64,000 nt of DNA from Lingula anatina (Eukaryota > Animalia > Brachiopoda): contig CM120647.1 in the NCBI GenBank assembly GCA_051362555.1, forward strand, positions 9,734,001 through 9,798,000. The letters are read 5' to 3'. Positions within the stretch are counted from its first letter, which is position 1. Every line of letters begins with the position of its first letter. This document shows positions 25,488-37,735 of the stretch, piece by piece. A program made the position numbers and the translations under genes. The notes beneath the pieces are model-generated. The model was given only the letters and a program-made list of their open reading frames with translations, was not told the origin of the DNA and made no database searches.

Positions 25488-27042
25488 AGAAAACAAGGCA
25501 CAAGGTACCCAATGCAAGAATAAACGAGGTACAAGGTGTATGTATTCCACATGTGATATATATATATACCAAACAATGGAGGTCAAAAAAGAGTGACAGA
25601 TTGTGACTCATGGTTGCTAATTTGAAAGACATTTTCTTCACTCATGTAAAAAAAAATTGCCCAGTAGTCAGAAATCATTCCAGTAAGGAATAAACATGTT
25701 TTTCTTTGAGTGTGTGGGGTCTGGGATAGGTGTTTTTATTTATGTTTTTCTTTTGGGTATTTATTTGGCCTTCTCATTTGTCTTGCTGTCTGTGTTTGTT
25801 TTTTATCGTTGATATGGGAAAGGTGGTAAGAAAAAAACAGAATAAATGTGAGCTATAAATAATATCTTGCTCAAGGTACCGTATAGCTAAAAAAAAACAC
25901 GACTATTGGTACGCGTATGATCGATAACTGATTTAATTCTCGTAAGATTACCATCCGCCCCCTTCCTTATGAATAGGTATTACTTTATTAATACAATGCA
26001 ACCGTCGTGTAGCCGCATGTTAGAAGACAATGTTTGATTACGCACAGCAGTAGGAGGCCGCTACCCCTTCCCAGCAAGGAGTCAACACAGCAGCGCGTAA
26101 CCCGGGGTTAATTAGGGGTTATTAGCTGTCCACTTATGATCGGTATTGTTCGTCTTGATTGCAGCACACTTCCTACTCACTATTGGTTCGACCGCCTCTT
26201 CTTTAAATGCTCTCTCAAACCTTTCCTCAGTCAGCCGAGAATGGAAACCCGTTTATCTGCCGATAAACTACGCCGTTGATGTATTATTCGGCATCATTCT
26301 ACAGTGGGTCATAAGGCTCTATCTATCATTTTTTCGTCTCGCATTTTACCAGATTAAGCTGACGCTCGAAAACTAAATTTAATGAATGATTTTCTCACGT
26401 GCACCGTATCCAGCTAATTTTACGACAATAACTACCACGGCACCTCCGCCATTTGCAATTGTAGACGAACCACGTGTTTCCAACTGATAGGCCAATACAA
26501 CTATACCAGACCCATTGTTCGAGAAAAGACCGTTTATATTTAATGAATTAAAAAACATTTGAGGATTGCGATTTTCTATTGATATACTATCGATGGTATC
26601 CCTGTATTAAATCATCCACTGCTACCCCCTCTTTTGTAGTGTAGCATGACTCGTATCACAAGATGGCCTTAGAAATGAAGTAAGACAGGCCTACACACTG
26701 ATAGTTTTTAGTCTATTATTAACCCTAATGTCGTTGCTTGTCATTCATTCTAGAACTCTCTGAGCCATCGCAAAATTATTTGCCAGGACATTTAAAGGCT
26801 ACTTCTTAACGGATTTTTTTTTTATTTGCACTGAGTCCAAAATGTTCGAGGACGTCTCTGTCGTTATCGCCGTTTCTCGGACGCAGTCCCAGACAAAGGA
26901 TCGGAAAGTTTCTAAATAAAAGAACTTATAAATGCTGCCACTAGCCATCCTTATTGTTCCTAAGTAAAGAGAGGCGATAATGATCTTTTCTTTCTTCTAG
27001 CTTAGTCTGTCGACTAAAATGAACAAGGTTAGGCCTACAATG

Positions 27043-28085
27043 CATCCACCTATTATTACGACCATTAATGAGGTTCTTTGCTACACTCCCTTTCTTCATG
27101 ATCGCGAAACCAGTGGGGTGCTGTGTTTTAAATATATAAAAAAGGGTCTCGCGAGGTGAAGCTATAATAATGAAATAAAAAAATCCAATGAATAGGCCTA
27201 TCTAATAAACCATGAAGCACGTAGTCTAGGCCTCTTCTTTGACCGACATCACATTTTTACATTCTTTGTTTTAATAAGAGGACGAACGTGGTCTAATTTG
27301 TCTTTTGGTGGTGTGTGATTTTGCTCGAAGTAGCGGAGTCAAGTAAATCGGTGATTTACCGTTGGTAAGAGTAGCGATCATCGCTCCTGCGTCCTCATAG
27401 ATTACTTTCTAATCACCCGTAATTAACGCAGTCAGGAATAAGCGCTCAAATAGGGGTTTTTGTATCAGGGAAAATTTTAGTATTAATCTTATGTTATTAT
27501 GTATCTGTATTATGTAATCATGTAACTCATTTTCCCAAGGCAACCACCAATTATGACGACCATTAATGAAGTTCTCTGCTACACTCTCTCCTCATGATCA
27601 CTTGCTCGATCGTGAAACCCTGGAGGTGTTGTATATATATTTGGGGTAGTTTACTATAGCATGCTACACTCTCCTCATGATCAGCTGCTCGATCGTGAAA
27701 TCTGGAGTGAAACCCATGGTTTATCTAACAATGGTTTAAATAAATAAAAAGGGTGTCACGGAGGTGAAGCTGCTTAACTCATAAGAATAACGAACGAAAA
27801 AATACGATGAACATTTAATAAACCACGAAGCACGTATGTTTTGACCGTTATCGCCTTTTTTACATAAGATGTCTCAACAAGAAGGCAGATGTAGTCCAAT
27901 TTGTCTTTTGTTGGTGATTCTGCTTCAGGTGGCTAAGATTAGTTGATCGGTGATGCACCATTGGTAAGAGTAGCAATCATCACTCCTGCGTTCTAACGGA
28001 TTACTTTCCAACCCCCCATAATTAACGCAGCCAGGAATAGGCGCTGAAATAGGGGGTATTAAATCAGGAATTAATTTTTGTAATT
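27043..28085. repeat. Old ~500-bp tandem duplication (copies ~27043-27485 and ~27541-28085)
   Basis: Collinear shared blocks ACGACCATTAATGA, GAGGTGAAGCT, TAATAAACCA.GAAGCACGTA, TTGGTAAGAGTAGC.ATCATC.CTCCTGCGT, TAATTAACGCAG.CAGGAATA.GCGCT.AAATAGGGG. Confidence 0.85.
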
Positions 28086-28542
28086 ATGTATCCGTAAAAT
28101 AAGAATCGTAACATTATCACGTATTTTTCCTGATGGAAAATATCATAATTTATGCACACTGATCGAATTATAAAGAAAATCTCCAGATGTAAACAAAGGT
28201 CAGTCAAGTATCACTCATCCCAGGCTGCAGGGCAGATATGGAGAATTGAATGAAGCGCGAGTGATCTGGCAACCCTACAAATTTGTCATAATGATTCATG
28301 GGCAAACAATAGAAGCATGAAATTAACACCTTTTACAGTGTGAATGACGACACCTTATGAGGCTTTTGTTTCTTCCCCTGGGTTGGTATTACAAAGTAAG
28401 TATGTTGACGTAAGTGTGTTGACTTTTGCATGTTCAAAGGAACAATGGAAATGTCATTTCAAAACAAAGAGCCAAATTTCCCTACTTAGGTGGCCAAAAT
28501 ATTGTCAATGAAACACAAAAAAGACAAAATCACCAGCTGTTA

Positions 28543-28754
28543 TACCCCCTTTACACTGGACGGCGTCCTTTCTGCGACCATGAAATTTGGCATCGCTGTG
28601 GTCTTAATAAGGTGGCACGAGCATTGATTTGGTATCAGAATGAATGCTCAATGATCGGCCAGTTGTCGGCACGTTAAGTATTATAATTCTTTAACTCTCA
28701 AATGGGGCCGAACTGCTGGACGCAGAAGGGACGCCGTCCAGTGTAAAGGGGGCT
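28543..28754. mobile_element. PIF/Harbinger MITE, TTA TSD
   Basis: TIRs CCCCCTTTACACTGGACGGCGTCC.TTCTGCG / CGCAGAAGGGACGCCGTCCAGTGTAAAGGGGG; TTA on both flanks. Confidence 0.85.
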
Positions 28755-29479
28755 TTACTGACTGAGTCTAACTCAAATGCAAAAAGGTACGCACAGCGAC
28801 AAAGCGCTATTGTAAACAATGACCCGACGATGAGATCAATAAGATGTATAAAATGACTATTTGTACTACAAAACTGTACCCCTGCCCCTACTTGTATATT
28901 ATAACACACACAAGGCCACCCTATACCAGAGTTACAGATTGATTTTTCATTACACAGTCTCTTGCACTGAAGAAAAATACTCATAATTAATTTGCGGCCC
29001 TAGTAGAGGGTCTTCTCTCGCTTTCTCTCAAATCAAAATAAACTAGCAAACATGAAAATTGGCAAAATGTATTAGAATGTAGTGTTGCGAACCCTTTAAA
29101 CAAGGTGAATGGTAATATGCACGTTTAGACAAATTTTAATTTTAATTTCAATTAAATTTAATTTTAATTAAAATTGATTTTACCAAAATTAGAAAATGTC
29201 GTTTGCGTCATGTATCAATATTTTTGCGCATAATAGTACCTACGTTATAAACATTCAGCAAAGATATTTGGAAGGCCGCTCTTTTGTTGTTTATATCAAA
29301 GGAAAACTATTTGATACCCATCGTATCAATCATTATACCATGATAAGAGATTAGCATACTAATTTATGTCCCCAGTAATAATAACTTTAACAATAACAAC
29401 AAACCTTCCTACTGTGCTTTCCGTTGCAAAAACAATTAGCCACGACTGTTTTATATATTAATAGATATTTATAATAATG

Positions 29480-29728
29480 ACAATTTCAAAATCTCCAAAA
29501 GTACCGACAGGGACACGAACTCCCGTCGGGTAGATTGCGGACGACTCAACGACGATAACCGTTGTTCCACCAATTCTATTGTTCACACATATAGATATCG
29601 ACAGCTCTGTATTGCCGCGCATGCCGAAGCTTTGCGGAAATTGCCGAAGGCTAGGAAAATTCTTCAAAATATACTTTTATTAAAGTATTTAATTTAATCA
29701 AATCCAGACTATCTCCCACTGCCCTGAG
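29480..29728 (+). other. Candidate first (5' UTR) exon with a 20-codon uORF
   Basis: CpG-rich segment ending at donor CTGAG|GTATGG (29729); ORF 29621-29683 MPKLCGNCRRLGKFFKIYFY; 5' boundary uncertain. Confidence 0.3.
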
Positions 29729-30601
29729 GTATGGCTAAAGGCTTTCAGTTGTCATCAGACTTTGTAATTTGGGAGAAAAAAGTGAAACAGTAACTTCTGG
29801 TGATGAATAATAGGTAATAGTGCTGCAAGGTGTTGTTTTTTATCCCTGATTGATGTACGAGTAGCTTTTTCTACAGTTTCTATAATTCTCTTAACGTATG
29901 AAAATATGCAGGTTTTCTGATATAATAAGACTTTGATAAAATCAAAACCAATAATACTTTTAAAGTCGAGAGTCGGGATAAATATCGGCAAGGTGGAGAT
30001 ATGTCCCGCCGGCGCTTCCGCAACAGCAAGACTGAAGGACGCAAGTTACAAAGCAAAACATGTTTAGTCAAGTTAAAGACTTAATTACCGGTTTAACTTC
30101 GGCGGCAGTGCCTACTGCTGTGAGCAACATGCGCTGTCCATCGTAATCCCCCTATCATTAACACTGTCGGGGACGTGCGCATTAGCGCGTCTGATGTAGA
30201 CAGCGTGTGCTATTAAAGTGACCGGGGACTTATTAGCTATAGTGTACTTGTAATACATACTCCTAAGAAAGATGAGACAGAAAAATCTTGTCATAGTGCC
30301 AAAGGTTCAGGGATTGCAAACTTAGTGAATTTGTGCCATTTTTTCCAACAGAGAGGTGTATAAGTATATAATACCAATCCTATGTGTGTGTGTGTGTGCG
30401 TGTGCATGCATTTGTATGTGTGTATTTATAAACAATTTTATATTTATCATAACAATAAAAATAATGCATGAAGTTTGCCATCCGGATCTTGCACAATTCA
30501 TGCATATTATATCATGTGAAAATGTGGTTATGATAAAACATTAATGGGGCAATTTGCTCTTTCTTTCATTTGAATATTTTAATATTAATATTATTATGAT
30601 A

Positions 30602-30783
30602 TTTCAAAATATTGAATATCTCATTAAATATTGGGTCAAATGACATCCCTTTCATTCTCACGGGAGAAACTGCGTAACACTTTCAAAATATTGGATATCT
30701 CATATTCCAAAATATTGAATATCTCATTAAATATTGGGTCAAATGTAACCCCTTTTGTTCTCACGGGAGAGCCTGCATAACAC
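30602..30783. repeat. ~80-bp direct duplication
   Basis: CAAAATATTGAATATCTCATTAAATATTGGGTCAAATG...TTCTCACGGGAGA..CTGC.TAACACT twice. Confidence 0.85.
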
Positions 30784-30988
30784 TAGCTTGACATCAAGCA
30801 GTGCCCAAGTCTTTAGCTTGTCCAAACGATTTAGCAATTTTGAAGCACATACAGGCAAATTAGTTTTGTGAGAAGTCGAGTGTTTCAACTGTTCATTGAG
30901 TTATTCACAGGAGTCAAGTTTGTCCAACAGTGCTTTCTGTCTCTTCTGATAGCTTCCTGTCTCTCCTGAGGCAAGTTGTAGCGTTTTG

Positions 30989-31632
30989 CAAGATCACGGA
31001 GTTAACAGGTAGGACTGTTTTAATTATCATATCAAGGTCATCGAGTTTACAGGTAGGACTGTTTTATCATATCAAGGTCATCGAGTTTACTGGTAGGACT
31101 GTTTTATCATATCAAGGTCATCGAGTTTACTGGTAGGACTGTTTTATCATATCAAGGTCATCGAGTTTACAGGTAGGACTGTTTTATCATATCAAGGTCA
31201 TCGAGTTTACAGGTAGGACTGTTTTATCATATCAAGGTCATCGAGTTTACTGGTAGGACTGTTTTATCATATCAAGGTCATCGAGTTTACTGGTAGGACT
31301 GTTTTATCATATCAAGGTCATCGAGTTTACTGGTAGGACTGTTTTATCATATCAAGGTCATCGAGTTAACAGGTAGGACTGTTTTATCATATCAAGGTCA
31401 TCGAGTTAACAGGTAGGACTGTTTTATCATATCAAGGTCATAGAGTTTACAGGTAGGACTGTTTTATCATATCAAGGTCATAGAGTTTACAGGTAGGACT
31501 GTTTTATCATATCAAGGTCATAGAGTTTACAGGTAGGACTGTTTTATCATATCAAGGTCATAGAGTTTACAGGTAGGACTGTTTTATCATATCAAGATCA
31601 CGGAGTTTACAGGTAGGACTGTTTTATCATAT
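30989..31632. repeat. 40-bp minisatellite (VNTR), ~16 copies
   Basis: Unit AGGTCATCGAGTTTACAGGTAGGACTGTTTTATCATATCA at an exact 40-bp period. Confidence 0.97.
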
Positions 31633-31637
31633 GGGTA

Positions 31638-31883
31638 CCATGAGCAGCAATATTGTTTGAAGGAGTTTGCAAGAAGCATTTGTATTGTTGCTAGTCTGCC
31701 ACAGATTTGCAAGAACATATTAAGTTTACAGTAGGTTTGCAAAATAGATATTTATGTTCTTGCAAATTTGCTGCATTTGCTGCAAACTCATAGTGAATTG
31801 ACATCAAATTAGTGGCAAATTTGTAGCAAATTTGCAGCAGATTTGCAAGAGAGTTTGCATCAGGCCTGATATTTTGCTATGGG
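31638..31883. mobile_element. MITE family E, left end degenerate
   Basis: Similar to 20471-20830; ends CAGGCCTGATATTTTGCTATGGG. Confidence 0.75.
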
Positions 31884-31885
31884 TA

Positions 31886-32066
31886 CCCTTAGCAAAATAT
31901 CAGGTCTGCTGCATTTTCGCAGCAAATTTGCTGCATGATTGCTGCAAACTGCAATTTCTTCTTGGAAATTTGCAGAAAGTTTGCTGCAATATGGCTGCAA
32001 ATAAATAGCAATAAAATTATTCGTGCAAACTTACTTGTAGCTGCAAATTTTTCATTTTGCTAAGGG
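31886..32066. mobile_element. MITE family E, TA TSD
   Basis: TA-CCCTTAGCAAAA ... TTTTGCTAAGGG-TA. Confidence 0.85.
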
Positions 32067-32125
32067 TAAATTCTTTGAATATGTAGCACTATATGATGGC
32101 ACCCCCTGTTAAATACTACAGGTTA

Positions 32126-33302
32126 TTGTACCACCAATGCGGCATTGGTAGTACACATAGTTTTAGTCCTGACCCGTCTCATCCACTGGCGTCGCCATAT
32201 CCACCGCCATTTCACTGTTACTGCTTCTCCTCCTAGGCTACAAGGGCCTGTGTACCCTTCTCTTGGATTAAGGTAACACATAATCTCATTTCGTTCCACT
32301 TAAATTTGGGGCTTTGTCGGTGCACGGGTGTGGTGCTCCTCTCAATGCACCCATGTCCAAAAATTGCAATTTTAAATGTTAAATATCTCCCAAACGGAAG
32401 GAATTATGGGGAAAATTTCTGCAGATGGCTGACTGAAAGTCATATGTACAGATTTCATAAATGCCCTTTGGGTTTCAAGGTCAAACAGGCCAAATTTTTC
32501 TAAAAATGGGAAATTTTTGCAAAATAATTTTTTATTTGTGCCGATTTTCAGAAACTGCACAGACCTAGCCTTTAATAGCATGGGCAGGTGTTACACTTAG
32601 GGTCATCTTTCATCTTTATGAGTTTGGGGTCAATCGGTGCATTTCCACGGTAGAAGCAGCTATTAGATGCCAAAACTAAAAACTCTCTGTAATTCTTGAA
32701 CTGTAAATGCTAGAGACCTTTTGTTTTTTGCATTTTGTAGAGCTTGTCAAGTGCAACACTGGGAGTGGTGTCTTTTTTTTGTTTTCCATATGGTTAAAGG
32801 TGAAATAACTCCAAAATTAGCAGAGATACGCCATTAGTTACTGTTGAAGTTGAATAGGAAGTCATATATTGGCAATGCACAGTGACCTTGAGATTGACCT
32901 TTGACCTACTTTTTAACGTAAACTGAACTTAACAACTTTTCCGCCCCTTATATCTCCAAAACTGGTAGAGATACGCCCATAGATACTACTGAACTTGAAC
33001 AGGAATTCATATTTTGACAGTCTTCCTGTGACCTTGAATTTAACCTTTCACCTACTTTTGGCCATGAACCCACTTCACAAATTTGGATTAAACCTTTTAC
33101 TTCTCCCCATGTTTTAGTTATAAATTGAAATTTTCAACAAAAATTGAGAACTCCTGTTTACTGCATTTTGTAGAGCTAGACTAAGTAAAGTACAAAACTG
33201 GAGGTGGTGTCCCTTTTTTGTGTGTGTTTTCCTTACCATTGCGCTTACTCCAGCTGGTGGTACAATACCCAGAGGCAGTATCGCCTCTCTGATCCTCTAG
33301 TT
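32126..33302 (+). mobile_element. Non-autonomous Helentron/HINE (DINE-1-like), short copy with two ~146-bp units
   Basis: 5' TTGTACCACCA subTIR in a hairpin; 3' subTIR GCTGGTGGTACAA (33253-33265), stem-loop AGAGGCAGTATCGCCTCT, terminal CTAGTT; homologous to 60053-63127. Confidence 0.85.
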
Positions 33303-33933
33303 AAAATGCTGAAGATATCCTGAATTCTATTAGTTTTAATGAAATAACATGTTCCTAAATGCCCTTGCCTTAGAGAGAGAGCCATGCAGTGAATAAGAAG
33401 TATACATGCATGTTGGAGCATGGTGCGACACGGTGAAAATCGTGGGGCACCCAGTATGTGTTTTCAGCACAGGTTAACAAGAAACAATGAGATTGATATT
33501 GGGAGAATTAAGTACGCCATTGTACTCTCACTGATACCAATTACGTTCTCATGAGAATTGAAAGAGCAAAATAAACGGTAGTCAAGTAGGATATAATGGG
33601 GTACTAAGTGCAGGGATATATACCTATATTAATTATAATGAATAACACAATTATTTCCCTGTGATGCTACATCATATGTCTTCATTTATTGAAAAAAATC
33701 ATATACATATATTTGAATGTGTTTCATGGTTGACTTTATAAATGGGACTCGGTATGCCCCAGAGCTCAGAAATTGATTCAAGTTTACTTATGAAAGTCTA
33801 CTCAAAGTTTAAAACATGGATCTGTAAAATGCATTTTAGACATATTACGGAATGATCTTTTTTCTTTTTTTTCAGTATATATAACAAATTGTCAGGCTGA
33901 CATTTGCTCCAGATTATTACAGTACATATTTTT

Positions 33934-34104
33934 CAGGCCTGTAGCCAGCAATTTCAAAGGGGAGGAGGGGGGGGCTATTTTGGAAAAAAGTGGACCTTTT
34001 AAAATGAAACTTTTGTGGACCTAGATCTAATTTGGACCTTTTCCCAGCAAAAAGGAGTCCTTCAAACCCCCCCCCCCCCCCCCCCCCCCCCGGCTACAGG
34101 CATG
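33934..34104 (+). mobile_element. MITE family D with poly-C tract
   Basis: CAGGCCTGTAGCCAG ... CCGGCTACAGGCATG; AAAAGTGGACCTTTT core. Confidence 0.8.
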
Positions 34105-36817
34105 TTTACATCCATACACTTATCCTGTATACGTGTAAGTATATAATGGATGTAAAATACAGTATTTAGTGTATAATTTTACATAACATTCAGGTTTCCC
34201 TTTGCCTTTTAAGCTCACAGATAGAAGTGTGAAAGAGTGTACATAATAAAATGCCTCGTTGATTACCAGACGCGATCCACATGTAAGATACATCAGATGA
34301 AAGATCACGGGAAATTGGACGTGTGTAATTCTCATCTGTTTGTCCTGCCCACCTTATTGAAGTAGAGATATTTATGTGTTTACACACCCAAACACACGTA
34401 CGGTATGTGCACAGACAGCCGCATGCACACGCAGTTGTTTCTGTTGCTTATATTGTATGATGAATACTTGGTTGTTTCAGAATTTCTTAGCTGCATGATC
34501 AAAAAAGTTCCTTCGATTTTTAAGATCTCAGTTAAGACTTTTTTTCACAGCATAATATGGCAATTAAGAAATCTTTTAAAAACAAAGCAAAAATAAACAG
34601 TGGTTTGAACATGGAATGTATTTTATTAATTTGAATGGAAAATTGAGAACATGACACTACTTTTCTGACAAAAAAATGAAAATTTTGTATAAATGGATAT
34701 TCACCATGTATATGTAGGCAACAATTTGCCTATTTTTGTCAAGAACTCATTGTAACAGAAAAATCCCCCATTCTCTAATCAGTCAGACAACATACTTCCT
34801 AGAAAATATATACACATTACACTGCCCTTTCTAATCTCCTGAAAATTTCCCCTAATAACTTTCCAGAATTTCACTTGATTGGGATCAATTTCTTGCGACA
34901 AATAACGAGCATTTGCTTCCATTTTCATCAGGGGCACATGCTTCATTGTTTTCCAATGAACCTGTTGTATCCAGCTTCAAGTTTCCTGTAATCTTTACTT
35001 AACTCCAGGAAATTACACAGAAATACATTCCCTGGAAACTCTCTTGTGACCGTTAAGGATAAACGTCTGCTCTTGTGCTGTCAACCAGGTTGACATCTGT
35101 CTCCCAACGAGGTGATTGCCCTCCTCAGGACGCGGCTAAATGCTCTCCAAGGCACATCTGTCTACCTTTTTTTTTTTTTAGAATGCTAGGCTCAATTCAT
35201 CAATTCCAGTAATTTCAATGGCAATTTGCAATATTTTGCTTAGCTACAGAGGAGTTTGTGGGATTATTAATTATGAAAATGATTCAATCTTTTCAATGGG
35301 GAAAATTGTAAATTTATCAGAAAGACGCATATCTTTTGGCCATGAATTCTTAAAATTGGCAAGTTTTTGTTGAGTGGTAGCAACAAAATTGGGAAAAAAA
35401 GACTACCTTGTAGTTCTATCCTATATAAAAAAGCACAAAAAATCGTGAATAGTGCAACACAGAAAATTATTTGTAAGATTCCAGATTAATGTTTCTGAAA
35501 GAATGATAATCTTTCCCCATTGAAAAGAGTCACTGCTGTAAGTCATCGTATTTTCTGGTATTGGTTTCATCTTCCTCTGTGCCTTTCATGGTAAGGAGGT
35601 TACCCACCATTTAATGTTTATAAGTAAATTCACTTTATATACAATTATATATATATATATATATATATATAACATTTCAAACTTGCAATATGCATACATT
35701 TTATCATTGGGAACTTATTGAAGAAAACTGAGATAGTGCAACTGTGGTTTTGGCAACTCCATTTTCTCTTTCCCACAAAGTGGTACTGGAGTACCTATTT
35801 TACCTACATGATAAATACATATACATATTTTTTTCTGTGCTGCTGCAAGCAATTAGCTTTACCTAATTAAGGCATTTAATCACCATTTCTATGACATAGT
35901 TGTTGAAGTTTATTAAATCCTTTTTATCTTATCTTGGAAAAGAACTTTGACAATACAATATTCCAGCTTTGATGTTTTATCGGCCCAGGCAATAATGAAG
36001 ATTGTTCTTGATTACGATAGAAAAACAAATCGTGAACCTTTTTTCTTGTAATTTTGCCGATATGAACACTTCTTTGTTAATTGCTCATTTTGATGTAAGT
36101 TTCATGGCCTCTTAGGTAATAATGTAGAGCAAGGAAGTGAGTCCTAGGCTATCTCTACTTCCTTGTGTAAAGTGATAAGAAACTCTTATTACAGCTATAA
36201 TATACTCAGATTGATTTTTTTTATCGGGGTACTTAAGGATTATAGTCGGTGATATTAGATGAATTAAAGCTATTTCATTTCTTAGTCAGTATCTAGCTTT
36301 TTGATTGATTCTGGAAAAATATTCCTGCATTAGAATCATTTTTAGGGTTGGGGTATTTTATATTAAACTTTAAAAATGTGTTTCAAGTGAGCAATTTGTA
36401 GAGAATGACATATAAGATTTTAAAGATTGTTTTACAGGTCTAAGCATTTTGGAATGTGATCTCTTATTATTTCCTCCCAACCAATTCTGTAGCTCACTTG
36501 CTTGAATCAGGGCAACACTTTCCAGTGCAAGCTCATACTTATATTTTTTTCTCAAAGAACCAAAAACTTTTTCTTCCTCTGGACTTCCACCATCATGTTT
36601 CATAAAAGAGTAATGATAGGTAAATAACAAGGAGATTTATGAATAACAGATACCAATGACTTAATTGTCCTCAGAACAGGTGTGTTCCCATTTGATTTAG
36701 GAACCATCCTAGTTAAGGTATGGAAAGACTGCTGAAAAACAAGTAAATCTTCCACAAATCTGACGCATGTTTGTTTTACACTGTACCTGTATATGGGTGG
36801 TCTGGCAGAGAGGAATC

Positions 36818-36837
36818 ACACACACGCACACACACAC

Positions 36838-36887
<50 letters not shown>

Positions 36888-36897
36888 TTTTTTTTTT
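36818..36897. repeat. Compound (CA)n(CT)n(TA)n(T)n microsatellite
   Basis: Direct reading. Confidence 0.9.
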
Positions 36898-37566
36898 CTA
36901 CTGGTATGTAAACCTCTGATGATTTTTCATGCTGTGAAAATGAAAGTTAAGGCCAATGTGTTGTATTTTTTTTCCTTTTGAGGGCAGAGAAGGAGAGATT
37001 TGAGAGTTCCAGTATTATTGTAACATTATATATAATAATCATGAATATAATAAAAAATGAAGAGAAGATATGCAGCTAGACTCATCAAATATTATACCCA
37101 CAGTGCCTGAGCAGATTTGCAGTGGTCTAAAAAGGCTTGAGTTTAGTCATATCTGATTACATTCAGCTGGAGTCCCCGCAGTGTTGGATCGATTTATGTA
37201 GAATGATGGTTTTATTGGGAACATGCCTTTTAGCAAGCTTTCCATTCCAGGCTTACAGAGCCAGCTCAGAAATCTAATTTCTCATTTCAGATTATGATAT
37301 TGCCTTTCAAGACCATTAGACTTGATTCTTACTGGAGACTCTAATTATTATTTCAAGTGCGCCTGTTGATGTTTTTGATCCAGGCATATATAACTGGTAA
37401 TGTCTGAACCTGTAAAAGATGGATAGATGCTGGCTTTTTATATAATTGTGAAGTTCTCAGTTAAGGTGGATTTGCCCCTGAAAATAAAAAAAAAAAAAAA
37501 AATAAAACCATTACTGATAGTTGTATGCAATTTACCCTCTTCACTCTGCTTAATAGGAGACGTAGA

Positions 37567-37735
37567 CAGGGGCGGATTCAGAGATATTTTCTGACGGTCT
37601 TCCAAAGTAACTTTGTTGACCTGTCCTCCATTTTTGACCGTCTTCCAACAGAAAAAAAATCAATACCCGTCAGTGTTAGCTTGAAAATCTGACCGTCTTC
37701 TGGAAGACCCAGAAGATGGCCTAATTCCACCCCTG
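37567..37735 (+). mobile_element. MITE family C, 5-bp TSD (GTAGA)
   Basis: CAGGGGCGGAT ... TTCCACCCCTG; GTAGA at 37562-37566 and 37736-37740. Confidence 0.9.

Larger units (their letters stand above)
25890..30260. promoter_or_regulatory. CpG-retaining island, probable unmethylated promoter/enhancer region
   Basis: About 16 CpG in 26041-26340 versus about 2 in 35221-35520 (hand count); CACGTG (26396, 26471), CCAAT (26492), YY1-like CCGCCATTT (26446) and CAAGATGGC (26659), Ets CACTTCCT (26167). Confidence 0.55.

Noticed and set aside
30131-30150. REST/NRSE site (GCGCTGTCC)
   Set aside because: Only a half-site matches, and the species is unknown and may lack REST
30989-31632. Regular repeats resembling a CRISPR array
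   Set aside because: Units are contiguous with no unique spacers, there are no cas genes, and the context is eukaryotic; the same applies to the 146-bp and 52-bp arrays
36370-36630. Minus-strand ORF with protein-like composition (MKHDGGSPEEEKVFGSLRKKYKYELALE...)
   Set aside because: No recognisable family and no convincing flanking splice sites; compatible with chance
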